A DNA stretch of 64,000 nt from Acidobacteriaceae bacterium (GTDB taxonomy: Bacteria > Acidobacteriota > Terriglobia > Bryobacterales > Bryobacteraceae), in contig JAYVTO010000310.1 of the NCBI GenBank assembly GCA_043788745.1, positions 1,168-65,167 of the forward strand, written 5' to 3'. Position numbers and translations under genes: made by a program. The notes under the pieces are model-generated. The model worked only from the letters and a program-made list of their open reading frames with translations, was not told where the DNA came from and did no database searches. The first letter of the stretch is position 1, and each line of letters begins with the position of its first letter. Below, piece by piece: positions 28,472 to 37,937 of this stretch.

Positions 28472-28882
28472 CTACTCGTCCTTCTCACTCTGCTGCACGA
28501 AGTTCAGAATGTCGAACCGCTCGATCTTGCGATCCGGAAAAAAGCTGTTCACCGCGTCGCGCTCGTCGCTGAACGTCTCGAAAATCGTGTGGAGTTTGGT
28601 AAGGTACAGCAACTCGATGTTGCGCTTGTTGAGCTTTAACAACTTCACCGCGCCACCTGCTTTTTGCGCCGCCGTGTAGCACATCACCAAACTGCCGAGT
28701 CCGGTCGAATCGATGTACGCCAAATCCGCCAAATCGAGCACGAAACGATTCTGTTGTTTCGCAATCTCACTCACCACCCGATCCCGGATGGTGTCCGCGA
28801 CACCAACCGTCAGGCGGCCATCTAGCTTAAAGATCGTGACACCGTCAAGCGCGCGTTGCTGTATGTCAAAACTCACTCCCAC
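28472..28882 (-). CDS. STAS-domain anti-sigma-factor antagonist (SpoIIAA-like)
   Basis: VTIFKLDGRLTVG..., FVLDLADLAYIDSTGLGSLV contains the conserved phospho-Ser context DSTG. Confidence 0.85.
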   Translation of the reverse strand: MGVSFDIQQRALDGVTIFKLDGRLTVGVADTIRDRVVSEIAKQQNRFVLDLADLAYIDSTGLGSLVMCYTAAQKAGGAVKLLKLNKRNIELLYLTKLHTIFETFSDERDAVNSFFPDRKIERFDILNFVQQSEKDE

Positions 28883-29013
28883 AATCTTAGACTAACTGAG
28901 ACGAATGTAGAGGGCGGTGTGATCCGCCTGCCGCCATGACGCTCCGAAAGCCCGGCGGAATCGCTACGGCCCCAAACAGCGGGCCTGACGTATCTATGCA
29001 ACTCTGAACGTAG

Positions 29014-30444
29014 ATGAGAAACACCAGGATCGTCGCCACCATTGGGCCAGCCTCCGAGGACCCGTCCCTCATCGGGAACCTGCTGTTGGCCGGCGTCGAC
29101 GTGTTTCGGATGAATGCGTCGCACGGAACCCTCGAGGCACATGCGGCGCGCATCCGCGCCATTCGTGAAGCAGCCCGCGAGTTGCACCTGTTCCCCGGTA
29201 TTCTGCTGGACCTGCAGGGGCCCAAGATTCGCTTGGGACGTTTCGAAGGCGGACGCGCCACGCTCGAAACAGGTGCCGGATTCACGCTGACCACCCAGCC
29301 CTGCCAGGGCACCGCGGCGCTCGCCAGCACAACGTTTCTATCGCTTCCGAACGACGTCAAGCCGGGCAATCGCGTACTGCTCGCCGATGGCGCGGTTGAA
29401 CTGCGAGCCATAAAGATCGAACCGGCGAGCGTTCACTTCGAAGTTGTTTCGGGCGGCACCATCAAAGACCAACAGGGCATCAATCTCCCCGGAATTGCCT
29501 TGAGTGTCCCGTCGATGACCGGGAAAGACCGCGAAGATCTCGCCTTCGGATTACAGCAAGGCGTTGACTTCGTGGCGCTATCCTTCGTGCGCAGTCCGGA
29601 AGATATCTCCGCACTGCGAAGTCTCCTGCGCCTTGCCGGCAGCGAACTCCCGATCGTCGCAAAGATCGAAAAGCCGGAAGCCCTGGACCACCTCGACGCG
29701 ATTCTAGCGCTGGCCGACGGCGTCATGGTTGCCCGCGGAGACTTGGGCGTAGAGGTCGCCCTGGCTCGAGTTCCCGGCATTCAGAAGACGATCATTGAAA
29801 AGGCGCGACTGCAAGGCAAGTTTGTGATCACGGCAACGCAAATGCTCGAATCCATGATCGAGCACTCTGCGCCCACGCGGGCCGAAGTCAGCGACGTCGC
29901 GAACGCCATCTTTGACGGCACCGATGCGGTGATGCTTTCCGGGGAAACCGCCGCTGGCAAGTATCCTCTGGAAGCAGTGCGTATGATGGCCGGGATCGCT
30001 GTGGAGGCGGAACGCTATCTGAAAAGCAAACAGTTTCCCGAACCGCCCCTGAGCGCGAATCCCACGCAGCCTGAAATTATCGCCGCAGCCGCCTATCGTG
30101 CGGGACTCGCCGCGAGCGTCCAGGCAATTGGCGCATTCACCGCGTCCGGCAACACCCCGCGACGGATCGCGCGCTTCCGCCCGCACGTGCCGCAATATGC
30201 ATTCTGCGAAACCGAAGCCGTTGCAAGATCGCTATCCGTGATCTATGGCGTGCGGACGATAGCGCCGGTTGTTGTGGATTCGATCGAAGCAATGCTCGCC
30301 GTATGCGATCTCCAATTGTCGGGCGAGACATGGTCTGCGATTGGAGACCACGTGGTGCTTGTGGCGGGCGCCCCGTTCGGAATTCCGGAAAGCGCCAACA
30401 TGATCCAACTGCACCGATTGCGCGCGGTTGACCTTCGCCCGTAA
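29014..30444 (+). CDS. pyk: Pyruvate kinase
   Basis: MRNTRIVATIGPAS, FRMNASHG, MVARGDLGVEV, TQMLESM, and a C-terminal alpha/beta domain. Confidence 0.95.
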   Translation: MRNTRIVATIGPASEDPSLIGNLLLAGVDVFRMNASHGTLEAHAARIRAIREAARELHLFPGILLDLQGPKIRLGRFEGGRATLETGAGFTLTTQPCQGTAALASTTFLSLPNDVKPGNRVLLADGAVELRAIKIEPASVHFEVVSGGTIKDQQGINLPGIALSVPSMTGKDREDLAFGLQQGVDFVALSFVRSPEDISALRSLLRLAGSELPIVAKIEKPEALDHLDAILALADGVMVARGDLGVEVALARVPGIQKTIIEKARLQGKFVITATQMLESMIEHSAPTRAEVSDVANAIFDGTDAVMLSGETAAGKYPLEAVRMMAGIAVEAERYLKSKQFPEPPLSANPTQPEIIAAAAYRAGLAASVQAIGAFTASGNTPRRIARFRPHVPQYAFCETEAVARSLSVIYGVRTIAPVVVDSIEAMLAVCDLQLSGETWSAIGDHVVLVAGAPFGIPESANMIQLHRLRAVDLRP

Positions 30445-30448
30445 CGGT

Positions 30449-30482
30449 GAGAGCGGAAGCGAGTATGCCCGCCTCCGCTCTC
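30449..30482. terminator. Hairpin after pyk (9-bp stem GAGAGCGGA/TCCGCTCTC)
   Basis: Lies between convergent genes. No strong U-tract. Confidence 0.35.
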
Positions 30483-30511
30483 CGTCTCTTGGGGTGAGGA
30501 GAATCGAACGG

Positions 30512-30856
30512 CTACTTGGAACCCGCGGCCGTGGCTTCGCCCGTGAACACGAGCGTCGTCTTCGTTCCGCCGAGGCGGATTTCTTCCACGCGATTTTTGC
30601 CGTCCGCGACGCCGTAGCGAATGGACGTCGTGCTGAACTTCTGGTCGCCGCTGGTCGTCTTCACCGTGGCTTCCACCGACTTCTTGCCGTTCTTCAACGT
30701 GGCCTTGTCGCCGCTCACTGCAATCTTGTAATCGCCCGGCTTCAGCTCTTCTCCGCCGATGAATGCCTTCTCGAACAGCGTCACGTTGGTGGCCGAACCA
30801 GCAGCGCTCGCCACGGCGAGTGCGACGGTAGCGAAAGACAAAAATACCTTCTTCAT
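30512..30856 (-). CDS. Small secreted hypothetical protein (114 aa)
   Basis: Signal peptide MKKVFLSFATVALAVASAAG. AAGGAG 8 nt upstream of the ATG. Beta-rich Lys/Thr-rich sequence. Confidence 0.6.
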   Translation of the reverse strand: MKKVFLSFATVALAVASAAGSATNVTLFEKAFIGGEELKPGDYKIAVSGDKATLKNGKKSVEATVKTTSGDQKFSTTSIRYGVADGKNRVEEIRLGGTKTTLVFTGEATAAGSK

Positions 30857-31093
30857 TGTGTTAGCTCCTTATGTTCTTTCTGTCCAGACACCGGTGGCCT
30901 GGACGTCGATCCAGACCCCGGTGAATGCATCCCGGATCTTGCTTCGATGTCAACGGCGACCGCCGGTTGGCGGTCGGTTGAATGGGTTCTTAACGGTCGT
31001 TTGTTCGTTGCTCGGAGGCTGCTGCCTCACACAATGAATATACGATCCAACGATGAATTGGTTCCGCAATTTCGATGATTTTCCGGTAAACAA

Positions 31094-32032
31094 TTACGAC
31101 GAAAAGTGTTTGTGCCACGAGCGAACACTAACGAGTGCCAACTGTCGCGTTTCCGGACTTCGTCCGAATCCTTCGATCCAAACGACTCCGCTCTCCCGAC
31201 GGAACCAAGTCATCTGCCGTTTGGAATACTGCCGTGTCTCGAGCTGCGTGGACGCAATCGCTTCCTTGATCGAGAGCCCGCTACGAACCGCGGAGAGTGC
31301 CTGCTTGTACCCCAACGATTCGAAGGGTTTCTCCTCGCCCGTCAGCCCAGCCGCCAGCAAACTTTGCACTTCCGTCAGCAGGCCATGCCGAAACATCGCC
31401 TCCGTCCGCGCGTTCAGCGCTTCCTGCAACTCCGCCCTCGGCGGATTCAAACCGATCTTATAGATATCGAAACCCTGCAGTGGCTCCGGGGGGTTGGCGA
31501 TCACCGCGGTCAGGGGCGCTCGTGCGCGGATTGTCACTTCGATGGCACGAATTAGTTTCTGTCTGTCATTCCTGTGAATGCGGCGTGACGATGTTCGATC
31601 GAGCCGGCGCAAAATGCGGTGCAGCGACCCGGGTCGCTTCGCTTCGCGGAGTTCCAATCGGACGCGCAGCGCTTCGTCCCGCACCGGTGCGGGCGCCAGG
31701 CCCTCCAGCAGCGCTTTTAAGTAGAAGCCCGTCCCGCCAGTCACAATCGGCGTCCGTCCCCGATTCGCGATCTCCCGCACCGTCGCCCGCGCTAGCCGCA
31801 GGTAATCTCCCGCCGTAAAGCTCTCTCCAGGGTCTGCGACGTCGATCAGATGATGCGGGACCGCCGACCGCTCCGCGACGCTGACCTTCGCCGTCCCAAT
31901 GTCGAAGCCGCGATAAACCTGTAACGAATCGCAGTTGACAATTTCCGCGGGAAACTCCGAGGCCAGAGACAATGCCAGGGCGGATTTTCCCGAGCCCGTC
32001 GGCCCAAGAACCACGAGGAGCGGCTGCTGCAC
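31094..32032 (-). CDS. miaA: tRNA dimethylallyltransferase
   Basis: P-loop GPTGSGKSALA, then IVNCDSLQVYRGFDIGTAK and PHHLID. GTG start. Confidence 0.95.
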   Translation of the reverse strand: MQQPLLVVLGPTGSGKSALALSLASEFPAEIVNCDSLQVYRGFDIGTAKVSVAERSAVPHHLIDVADPGESFTAGDYLRLARATVREIANRGRTPIVTGGTGFYLKALLEGLAPAPVRDEALRVRLELREAKRPGSLHRILRRLDRTSSRRIHRNDRQKLIRAIEVTIRARAPLTAVIANPPEPLQGFDIYKIGLNPPRAELQEALNARTEAMFRHGLLTEVQSLLAAGLTGEEKPFESLGYKQALSAVRSGLSIKEAIASTQLETRQYSKRQMTWFRRESGVVWIEGFGRSPETRQLALVSVRSWHKHFSS

Positions 32033-32104
32033 CTTTCCAGCCTACCAACCCGGGTCCACGCCGCGGAGTATTTCACTCGGCGCGATCTGGCCGGCCCCGC
32101 CTTA

Positions 32105-32139
32105 CCAAACGAAGCCAAACGAAGCCAAACGAAGCCAAG
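32105..32139. repeat. 10-bp tandem repeat (CCAAACGAAG) x3.4
   Basis: Three perfect copies at 32105-32134 plus a partial fourth, in the divergent miaA / transglycosylase intergenic region. Confidence 0.9.
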
Positions 32140-32347
32140 TTTGCTACTATCTTATATAGGATCAATCGTTTACGGACGTGCGCCAGCCGCCCCAAGGGGA
32201 CTCCCAACGGTTCGTTCGTATGGTGGAAAGGCCGAAGTGCCGATCAGTCCCACTCGGGGACGAGCACGAAGCGCGGATTCGGGTTGCGATTGGGACCCGG
32301 CTTCGGCTAGACTAACCCTTCAAGAACTTATGAGGCCATAAGGAAGA

Positions 32348-34144
32348 ATGCGAATCCTGTCCAGACTTTCTTTGGTGCTTGCGGGCGCGGCCGTTATCGC
32401 GGGTCCGGCGCTGCAGGCGGCCAAAAAGCCGGTCTACCGCATGACCTTCATGCCCCCCGCCGCAAAGCCCATCCCCCAAGCCGTCCTCATTACCGAAACG
32501 CCTCTCATCGAGCCCGATCCCTACGGCCGCGAAGTGGCTGCGCTTGAACTCCGCGGGATTCCGAAGTTGTCGCGGCCGTCCGATGTCGAGTTCCGCCTCC
32601 GCCAAGCCGACGAATATTTCGCCGAAGGCAAGAAAGCATATCAGGAAGGGAAGGGAGACGAGGCGCGACGTGCCTTCAACCGCGCGATTGACGCTCTACT
32701 TGGTCCAAAGGACGGCCAAGGCGCTCGTGAGGCACTGCCCGAGCCGGGCCCTGAGCGCGCACGCCTGGAGCGCCGTCTCGAGCAAATGGTCGACGACATC
32801 TACCATTACGATCTGGATGGTCTTGGCGCCTCGGACTCGAATGACAAAGTTGCCTACGACAAGGCGCCCCTCGACAACATCCTAAACTTAACGCTTCCCG
32901 TGGATCCTGAGCTGAAGAAGAAGGTCACCGAAGAAATTCGCGTTACCTCCTCCGGTTTGCCGCTGGAGGAAGCCGACGCCGTCACCAGTTACATCAACTT
33001 CTTCTCGAGCGACCGTGGCCGCCGCACCATCATCGCCGGCTTGAAGCGCGCGGGGCGCTATTCCCCGATGATCCAGCGGATTCTCGCCGAAGAAGGCGTG
33101 CCGCAGGAACTCATCTTCCTCGCTCAGGCAGAGTCGGGCTTCCTTCCCCGCGCTGTGTCGAACAAGAAGGCCGTCGGCATGTGGCAGTTCGTGCAGTTCC
33201 GGGGACGCGAGTACGGGTTGAACCAAACGCCCGCCACCGATGACCGTCTGGATCCGGAAAAGTCGACGCGCGCCGCGGCGCGCCACCTGCGCGATCTCTA
33301 CAAGCAATTCGGCGACTGGTATCTGGCGATTGCGGCCTACAACTGCGGACCCTACTGCGTCGAGCACGCCGTGGCTCGCACCGGCTACGCGGATTTCTGG
33401 AAGCTACGTTCGCTCGGCGTGCTCCCCAAGGAAACTACCAACTACGTGCCGATCATCGTGGCGATGACGATCATGATGAAGAACGCCCCGAGCTACGGCC
33501 TGGACAACGTAGTGCCCGATCCGGCGCTGGAGTGGGAAACGATCAAGCTGACCTCGGCGACGCACATCGCGCTGATTGCCGATGCGTCCGATCGCCCGCT
33601 TTCTGAAATTCGTGAATTGAACCCCGCGCTGCTGAAGCCGGTGGCACCCGCAGGCTATGAACTCCATGTGCCGAAAGGCGCCGTGGGCAACGTTGAGACC
33701 GCGTTCGCGCTGGTTCCCGAATCGCATCGCGCCACCTGGCGCATGCACCGTGTGGCCCACGGCGAAACGCTGGCTTCGATCGCTAAGCGGTATGGGATGG
33801 CTGCGACGTCGATTACGGCCGTCAATCGCGAAGTGCAAACGCCCGAGGCTGGCGAGATGCTGATCATTCCGGCAGCCTACCAGACCGATCAGAGCTTCCT
33901 GCCGCGCACCTACGGCGTTTCCGCCGCGCGCAACCGGCGCCCCGCAACCCGCGGCGGAACTAAACAGGCAACTGCCGGTCATGCCTCCGCGGCCCGCGGT
34001 AAAGCCAAGGGCCCCGTTACCGCCCAAGCCGGAGCCCGGCGTCCGGCCACGCGTCCCACGGCAACCGTACGCAAACCGGCAGCGAAACCGGCGGCGACGC
34101 GCCGTCCCGTAGCGGCTGGCGTTGCGACAGCGGCACTGCGCTAG
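32348..34144 (+). CDS. Lytic murein transglycosylase (MltD-like: SLT domain + LysM), with Ala/Arg/Pro-rich tail
   Basis: Signal peptide. SLT catalytic context FLAQAESGFLPRAVSNKKAVGMWQF and AAYNCGP. LysM HRVAHGETLASIAKRYGMAATSITAVN. Confidence 0.9.
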   Translation: MRILSRLSLVLAGAAVIAGPALQAAKKPVYRMTFMPPAAKPIPQAVLITETPLIEPDPYGREVAALELRGIPKLSRPSDVEFRLRQADEYFAEGKKAYQEGKGDEARRAFNRAIDALLGPKDGQGAREALPEPGPERARLERRLEQMVDDIYHYDLDGLGASDSNDKVAYDKAPLDNILNLTLPVDPELKKKVTEEIRVTSSGLPLEEADAVTSYINFFSSDRGRRTIIAGLKRAGRYSPMIQRILAEEGVPQELIFLAQAESGFLPRAVSNKKAVGMWQFVQFRGREYGLNQTPATDDRLDPEKSTRAAARHLRDLYKQFGDWYLAIAAYNCGPYCVEHAVARTGYADFWKLRSLGVLPKETTNYVPIIVAMTIMMKNAPSYGLDNVVPDPALEWETIKLTSATHIALIADASDRPLSEIRELNPALLKPVAPAGYELHVPKGAVGNVETAFALVPESHRATWRMHRVAHGETLASIAKRYGMAATSITAVNREVQTPEAGEMLIIPAAYQTDQSFLPRTYGVSAARNRRPATRGGTKQATAGHASAARGKAKGPVTAQAGARRPATRPTATVRKPAAKPAATRRPVAAGVATAALR

Positions 34145-34403
34145 CCGCGGCGTTTTACTCCACGCTCCTCGTTTCCCGTACGTCTCATGCGCAGACCGCG
34201 TTGCCAGGAGACGTTGGGTCGCCGATCTTCGCCACCGCCGCTGGGAAGATCGGATCGATCAAGACTCAGAAGCCGGACGCCTCGATTTCCTTTTCGAGGA
34301 ATTCGAAGCAGCCACCGCGACCGAATTGCCCCCGGCCTCTTGAATTCCCGCACCACGTCGCGCGCCTGCGGCTTGTATTGAAAAGGATTAGGGCGGGATC
34401 CAG

Positions 34404-34480
34404 CCCGAGGCGCGACCGTAAGGTCACGCGTACTACCCGAACCAGCACCGAGAAGGCGCGACCGTAAGGTCACGCGTACT
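34404..34480 (+). repeat. Two family-1 REP-like hairpins 48 nt apart (start to start)
   Basis: GAGGCGCGACCGTAAGGTCACGCGTACT at 34404-34433 and GAAGGCGCGACCGTAAGGTCACGCGTACT at 34452-34480. Confidence 0.85.
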
Positions 34481-34683
34481 CCAGATCCGGAGGGATGCGC
34501 CCTCCAGAAACGGCGGCGAGGGTGGATCATCCGGAGGACGCGCGTACTCCATATACACGGAACCCCGACCGTCAGGCAGCGTACGCCACCCACCTATTCT
34601 CTGTACAACCGCGAACAGCCTGCCCGTCACCCGTAGCGAGCGGCCCCCGGGCCAAAGCCCTGCCGATCGCTACACTGGAAGCC

Positions 34684-35529
34684 ATGAGCCAAATCTCCGC
34701 TGCCTCTGATTGGGCCACCGTGCGTGGTGATAAGTGGCGCTCCCACTCTGCTGGTATGGAAGCGATGCTGCAGCCCGTCGACGAACCGCTTATCCGCGCG
34801 CTGCGTCTGGACGCTGCGTACAGGATCGCCGACGTCGGATGCGGCACGGGCGGTGCGACGCTCGAGATTCTGCGCCAAGCGCCCAAGAGCAGCGTCGTTC
34901 ACGGCTTCGATCTCTCGCCTGCCTTGATCGAAGTAGCTCTTACTCGCATGCCATCGGGCGACGACGCCATCGCGTTCAAGCTGGCGAATATGGTGACCGC
35001 TGCCGCGCCGGAGCTGCTTTATCAGCGGCTGGTCTCCCGCTTCGGCATCATGTTCTTCAACGACGCTCCCGCAGCCTTTCGCAACCTCGCCGCGTGGCTC
35101 GCGCCGGGCGGACGATTCGCCTTCGCCGCCTGGGGTCCGCTCGCCGAAAACCTGTGGATGACCACCGTACACCAAGTGGCTGCCGACTTCATCGAACTGC
35201 CGAAGACCGATCCCGAGGCGCCGGGGCCATTTCGCTATGCCGATCCCGCGAAGTTGCTCGCGCTTCTAGAAAGCTCCGGCTTTTCGGAACTCGCCATAGG
35301 CGACTGGCGAGGGACGCTGCCCGTCGGCGGCGCACTGCCGGCGGCGCAGGCAGCAAGTTTTGCCCTTTCCGCTTTTTCCTCCTTCGGTGAACAACTCGCT
35401 GAAGCCGGCGACAACGCTCTCAACGACGCTCGGCAATCGCTGACCGAACGCTTTCTGCTCCACGAAAACAACGGCGCCGTTCGTTTGGAAGCATCCGTCC
35501 ACATCTTCACCGGTACGCGCGTGTCCTAA
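34684..35529 (+). CDS. Class I SAM-dependent methyltransferase
   Basis: ORF 34495..35529 trimmed to ATG 34684. Motif I IADVGCGTGGATLEIL. The upstream part of the ORF is repeat sequence. Confidence 0.8.
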   Translation: MSQISAASDWATVRGDKWRSHSAGMEAMLQPVDEPLIRALRLDAAYRIADVGCGTGGATLEILRQAPKSSVVHGFDLSPALIEVALTRMPSGDDAIAFKLANMVTAAAPELLYQRLVSRFGIMFFNDAPAAFRNLAAWLAPGGRFAFAAWGPLAENLWMTTVHQVAADFIELPKTDPEAPGPFRYADPAKLLALLESSGFSELAIGDWRGTLPVGGALPAAQAASFALSAFSSFGEQLAEAGDNALNDARQSLTERFLLHENNGAVRLEASVHIFTGTRVS

Positions 35530-36219
35530 CGAAGTTCGCCTGTAGGCCGAAGCAGCCCAGCAAAGAACCGCGAACGAAGTGAGCGGACGCCCGCCGCGCG
35601 TCATGACCGCCAGAAACCAGCACGTCACGCCAATGCGCACGACTAAAAGCGCCAAATCCGAGCCGCGACCAAAGCGGCCCGAAGGGCCGCGTCGGGAGCG
35701 GATTCACGCCGTGCCCGGATCAACTGCGAAGTAAGCGGTCCTCAGCGTCGGCCCCAAGCTCAGACACCAAAATTCAATCACGTACAAGGTGGTTCATGGA
35801 GCCTGAGCGGACGCGTCGGCGCGTCATGTTCGCCAGAAACCAGTTGGGAGCAGCAGTAACAAAGATCTCCGCATGAGGCCCTGCGAGCGGATGCCATAAC
35901 CCCGCTCTGAAGGGCGGGGATAACCCAGGGGATAACCCCGCCCTTCAGGGCGGGGATGCTATTGCGAAAGCGCCAAATCCGAGCCGCGATCAAAGCCGGG
36001 AGCGGATTCACGCCGTGCACAGATCAACTGCGAAGTAAGCGCCCGCGCCGCTAGGCGGCCACCGGACTGAATATCTTACAAGGTGGTTTCTGGCGCGTGC
36101 GCGGCCCTCAACAATACCGGCGGCGCGGGATAACCCAGGGGCGCGCCGATTCTCCTGAGGTTCTTACCGCCGTCATTCAAGTCCGCCGTAAGACCACACA
36201 CCGGAGGCCGCTACCACGC
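35530..36219. repeat. Gene-free mosaic of intergenic repeat modules with internal duplication
   Basis: These modules occur twice: GAGCGGACGC..GCGCGTCATG..CGCCAGAAACCAG (35581-35612 and 35805-35843), AAAGCGCCAAATCCGAGCCGCGA (about 35647 and 35967), GGGAGCGGATTCACGCCGTGC, GATCAACTGCGAAGTAAGCG and TACAAGGTGGTT. Also hairpins CCCCGC(C/T)C-TTCA/TGAA-GGGCGGGG at 35900-35919 and 35936-35955. Confidence 0.8.
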
Positions 36220-36252
36220 AAAAAGGGGCTCCGGTTTCCCGGAGCCCCTTTC
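36220..36252 (-). terminator. Rho-independent terminator downstream of the TonB-receptor remnant
   Basis: The minus strand reads AAAGGGGCUCCGG-GAAA-CCGGAGCCCCUUUUUG. Confidence 0.7.
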
Positions 36253-36273
36253 TTCAAACAACTGCTCTTCGAT

Positions 36274-37871
36274 TTAGAAGATCAGGCGCACGCCGAGACG
36301 AATCTCGCGAATGGCCTGAAACAGCGTCGGACGGGTGTAGATGGGGTTGTACTTCGGCCCAGCTGCTACCGGCTTTGCCGCCGTCGATCCGCCAATGCCC
36401 GGAGCATACAAATTCTGCGGGTTGACGAAGTCGCTCAGTTTGTAGCCGGCGAAGAATGCTTTCACCGGTAACACTCCTTCGCTGATCGCTCCGTTGCGGT
36501 TGATCTGCTGTGAGAAGTTCGTCGGTGTCGCCTGGTTAAACAGGTTGGTTGCGTTCGCTTCCATGCGTACCTTGAAGCGATCCGAAACCGTCACGGTGTG
36601 CGAGATGCCGAGATCGGTCTGCGTCAACACGGGTGTGCGCCCGAGATCGCCGCGGCCATTCGGATAGGTCGGTGCCAACTGGTAGATCACCGAGGTCGAC
36701 AACGGCGTACCGCTCCAGGCATTCTGCGTCAAGCCGAACGTGGTCTGTCCAGCCATCCACTTCAGGTCGTAGGAGGCGAACAGCTTGAACGTGTGCGGCC
36801 GATCGGTCGCCCGGCGGCCAAACACATTCTGCTGGCTGCCGCTGGCGTCGAAGTAGTAGTACGGCAAATCGAACGCGCGATCGTTGTTCGGGTTCGAGCG
36901 GCCGTTTTCATCAGAGTTTGCCAGGCCGGCATAGTTGCCGTACAGGCGGCTCCAAATGTAGGACGTGTTCAACATCAGGTTGTTCATCACGCGTCCGCGA
37001 ACGCTGAATTCCACAGCGTCGTAGTCACGGGTGGCCTGCGGAACCAGGAATTCCTTCCCGTTTGGCGTCTTCGCTCCGAAGTCGCTCTTCACGTTGCGCG
37101 TGAGGCCGCGGCCCGGGTTGCCGATCAGGTAGACTTCGGTGTCGTCTTTGTCGAGCACGCCGATGTCGTCAATCGAGTTCACCAGGCGCTTGCGCGTGTA
37201 GCGGACTCCGGCGACCAGCCGGTTGGACAACTGGTGGTCCAACGTCATGTAGAATTCCCGCGTGTGGTACGGCTTCAGATCGGGATCGTTCCCCAAGATG
37301 ACGCCTTGCGCATCGATGTCGACGGTGCGGTTGTCGTAGTTGATGATTTCTTTGCCGAGAACGCCGGGGTTGACTTTCGACAAGCTGGAGACAGCCGGGC
37401 TGTTCAGTTCGTAAACATGGCTGACCCAGAACTCACCGCCAAACGAACCGCGCGCGAGGTTGAACTTCATCACGTCGTAGTAGTCTGAATAGCCCGTGCT
37501 GAGCTTCCACTTGCCGTCGCCCAGAACGTCCCAGGCGAGGCCGAGACGCGGCGCGATCTTCTCGCCCCAGCCGAAGTTAACCGGTTTGCGAATCTGCACG
37601 CCTGCCTGCACGGCCTTGTACGGCGGCAGGAATTCGTTTTCAAAGCGCACGCCCAGGTTGAGCGTGACACGCGAATGGATGCGCCAGCCATCCTGGACGT
37701 AGAAGCCCTGGTTGCGGCCGTTCACCTTCGAGACACGTTCACCTTCGAGAGCAGCCGGACGCCGTCCTGCCAGATATAATAGCCGTACGTGCCGGTCCGC
37801 TTGTTGATGCTGCCGCGCGTGAATTGGTCACCCCGATATTGGGGCGAAAGTTGTCGAATTGCGCTCAAAAA
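36274..37871 (-). pseudogene. TonB-dependent receptor remnant (C-terminal beta-barrel only; 5'-truncated and frameshifted)
   Basis: The 483-aa ORF ends in the OMP terminal motif ...IRLGVRLIF and has barrel repeats but no signal peptide, plug or TonB box. Upstream, the frame is broken by a 17-bp tandem duplication (37719-37752). The other frame is open only to 37871. Confidence 0.75.
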
Positions 37872-37937
37872 TCATCTTACCGTCATCAGCGGCATGCTAA
37901 ATGTCGTTTGAGTAGTGTGTTAGGTAACATAAGCTGC

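Noticed and set aside
34195-34260. M23-peptidase-like peptide GDVGSPIFATAAGKIGSI just after the transglycosylase gene
   Set aside because: Only about 15 residues resemble the M23 active-site strand. The rest of the frame has no similarity and there is no start or signal peptide, so it is at best an undetectable relic.
34404-34480. Possible mini-CRISPR (two identical 28-nt palindromic repeats with about 20 nt between them)
   Set aside because: There are only two copies. The same element occurs singly at other intergenic sites, there are no cas genes, and the repeat is a REP-type palindrome.
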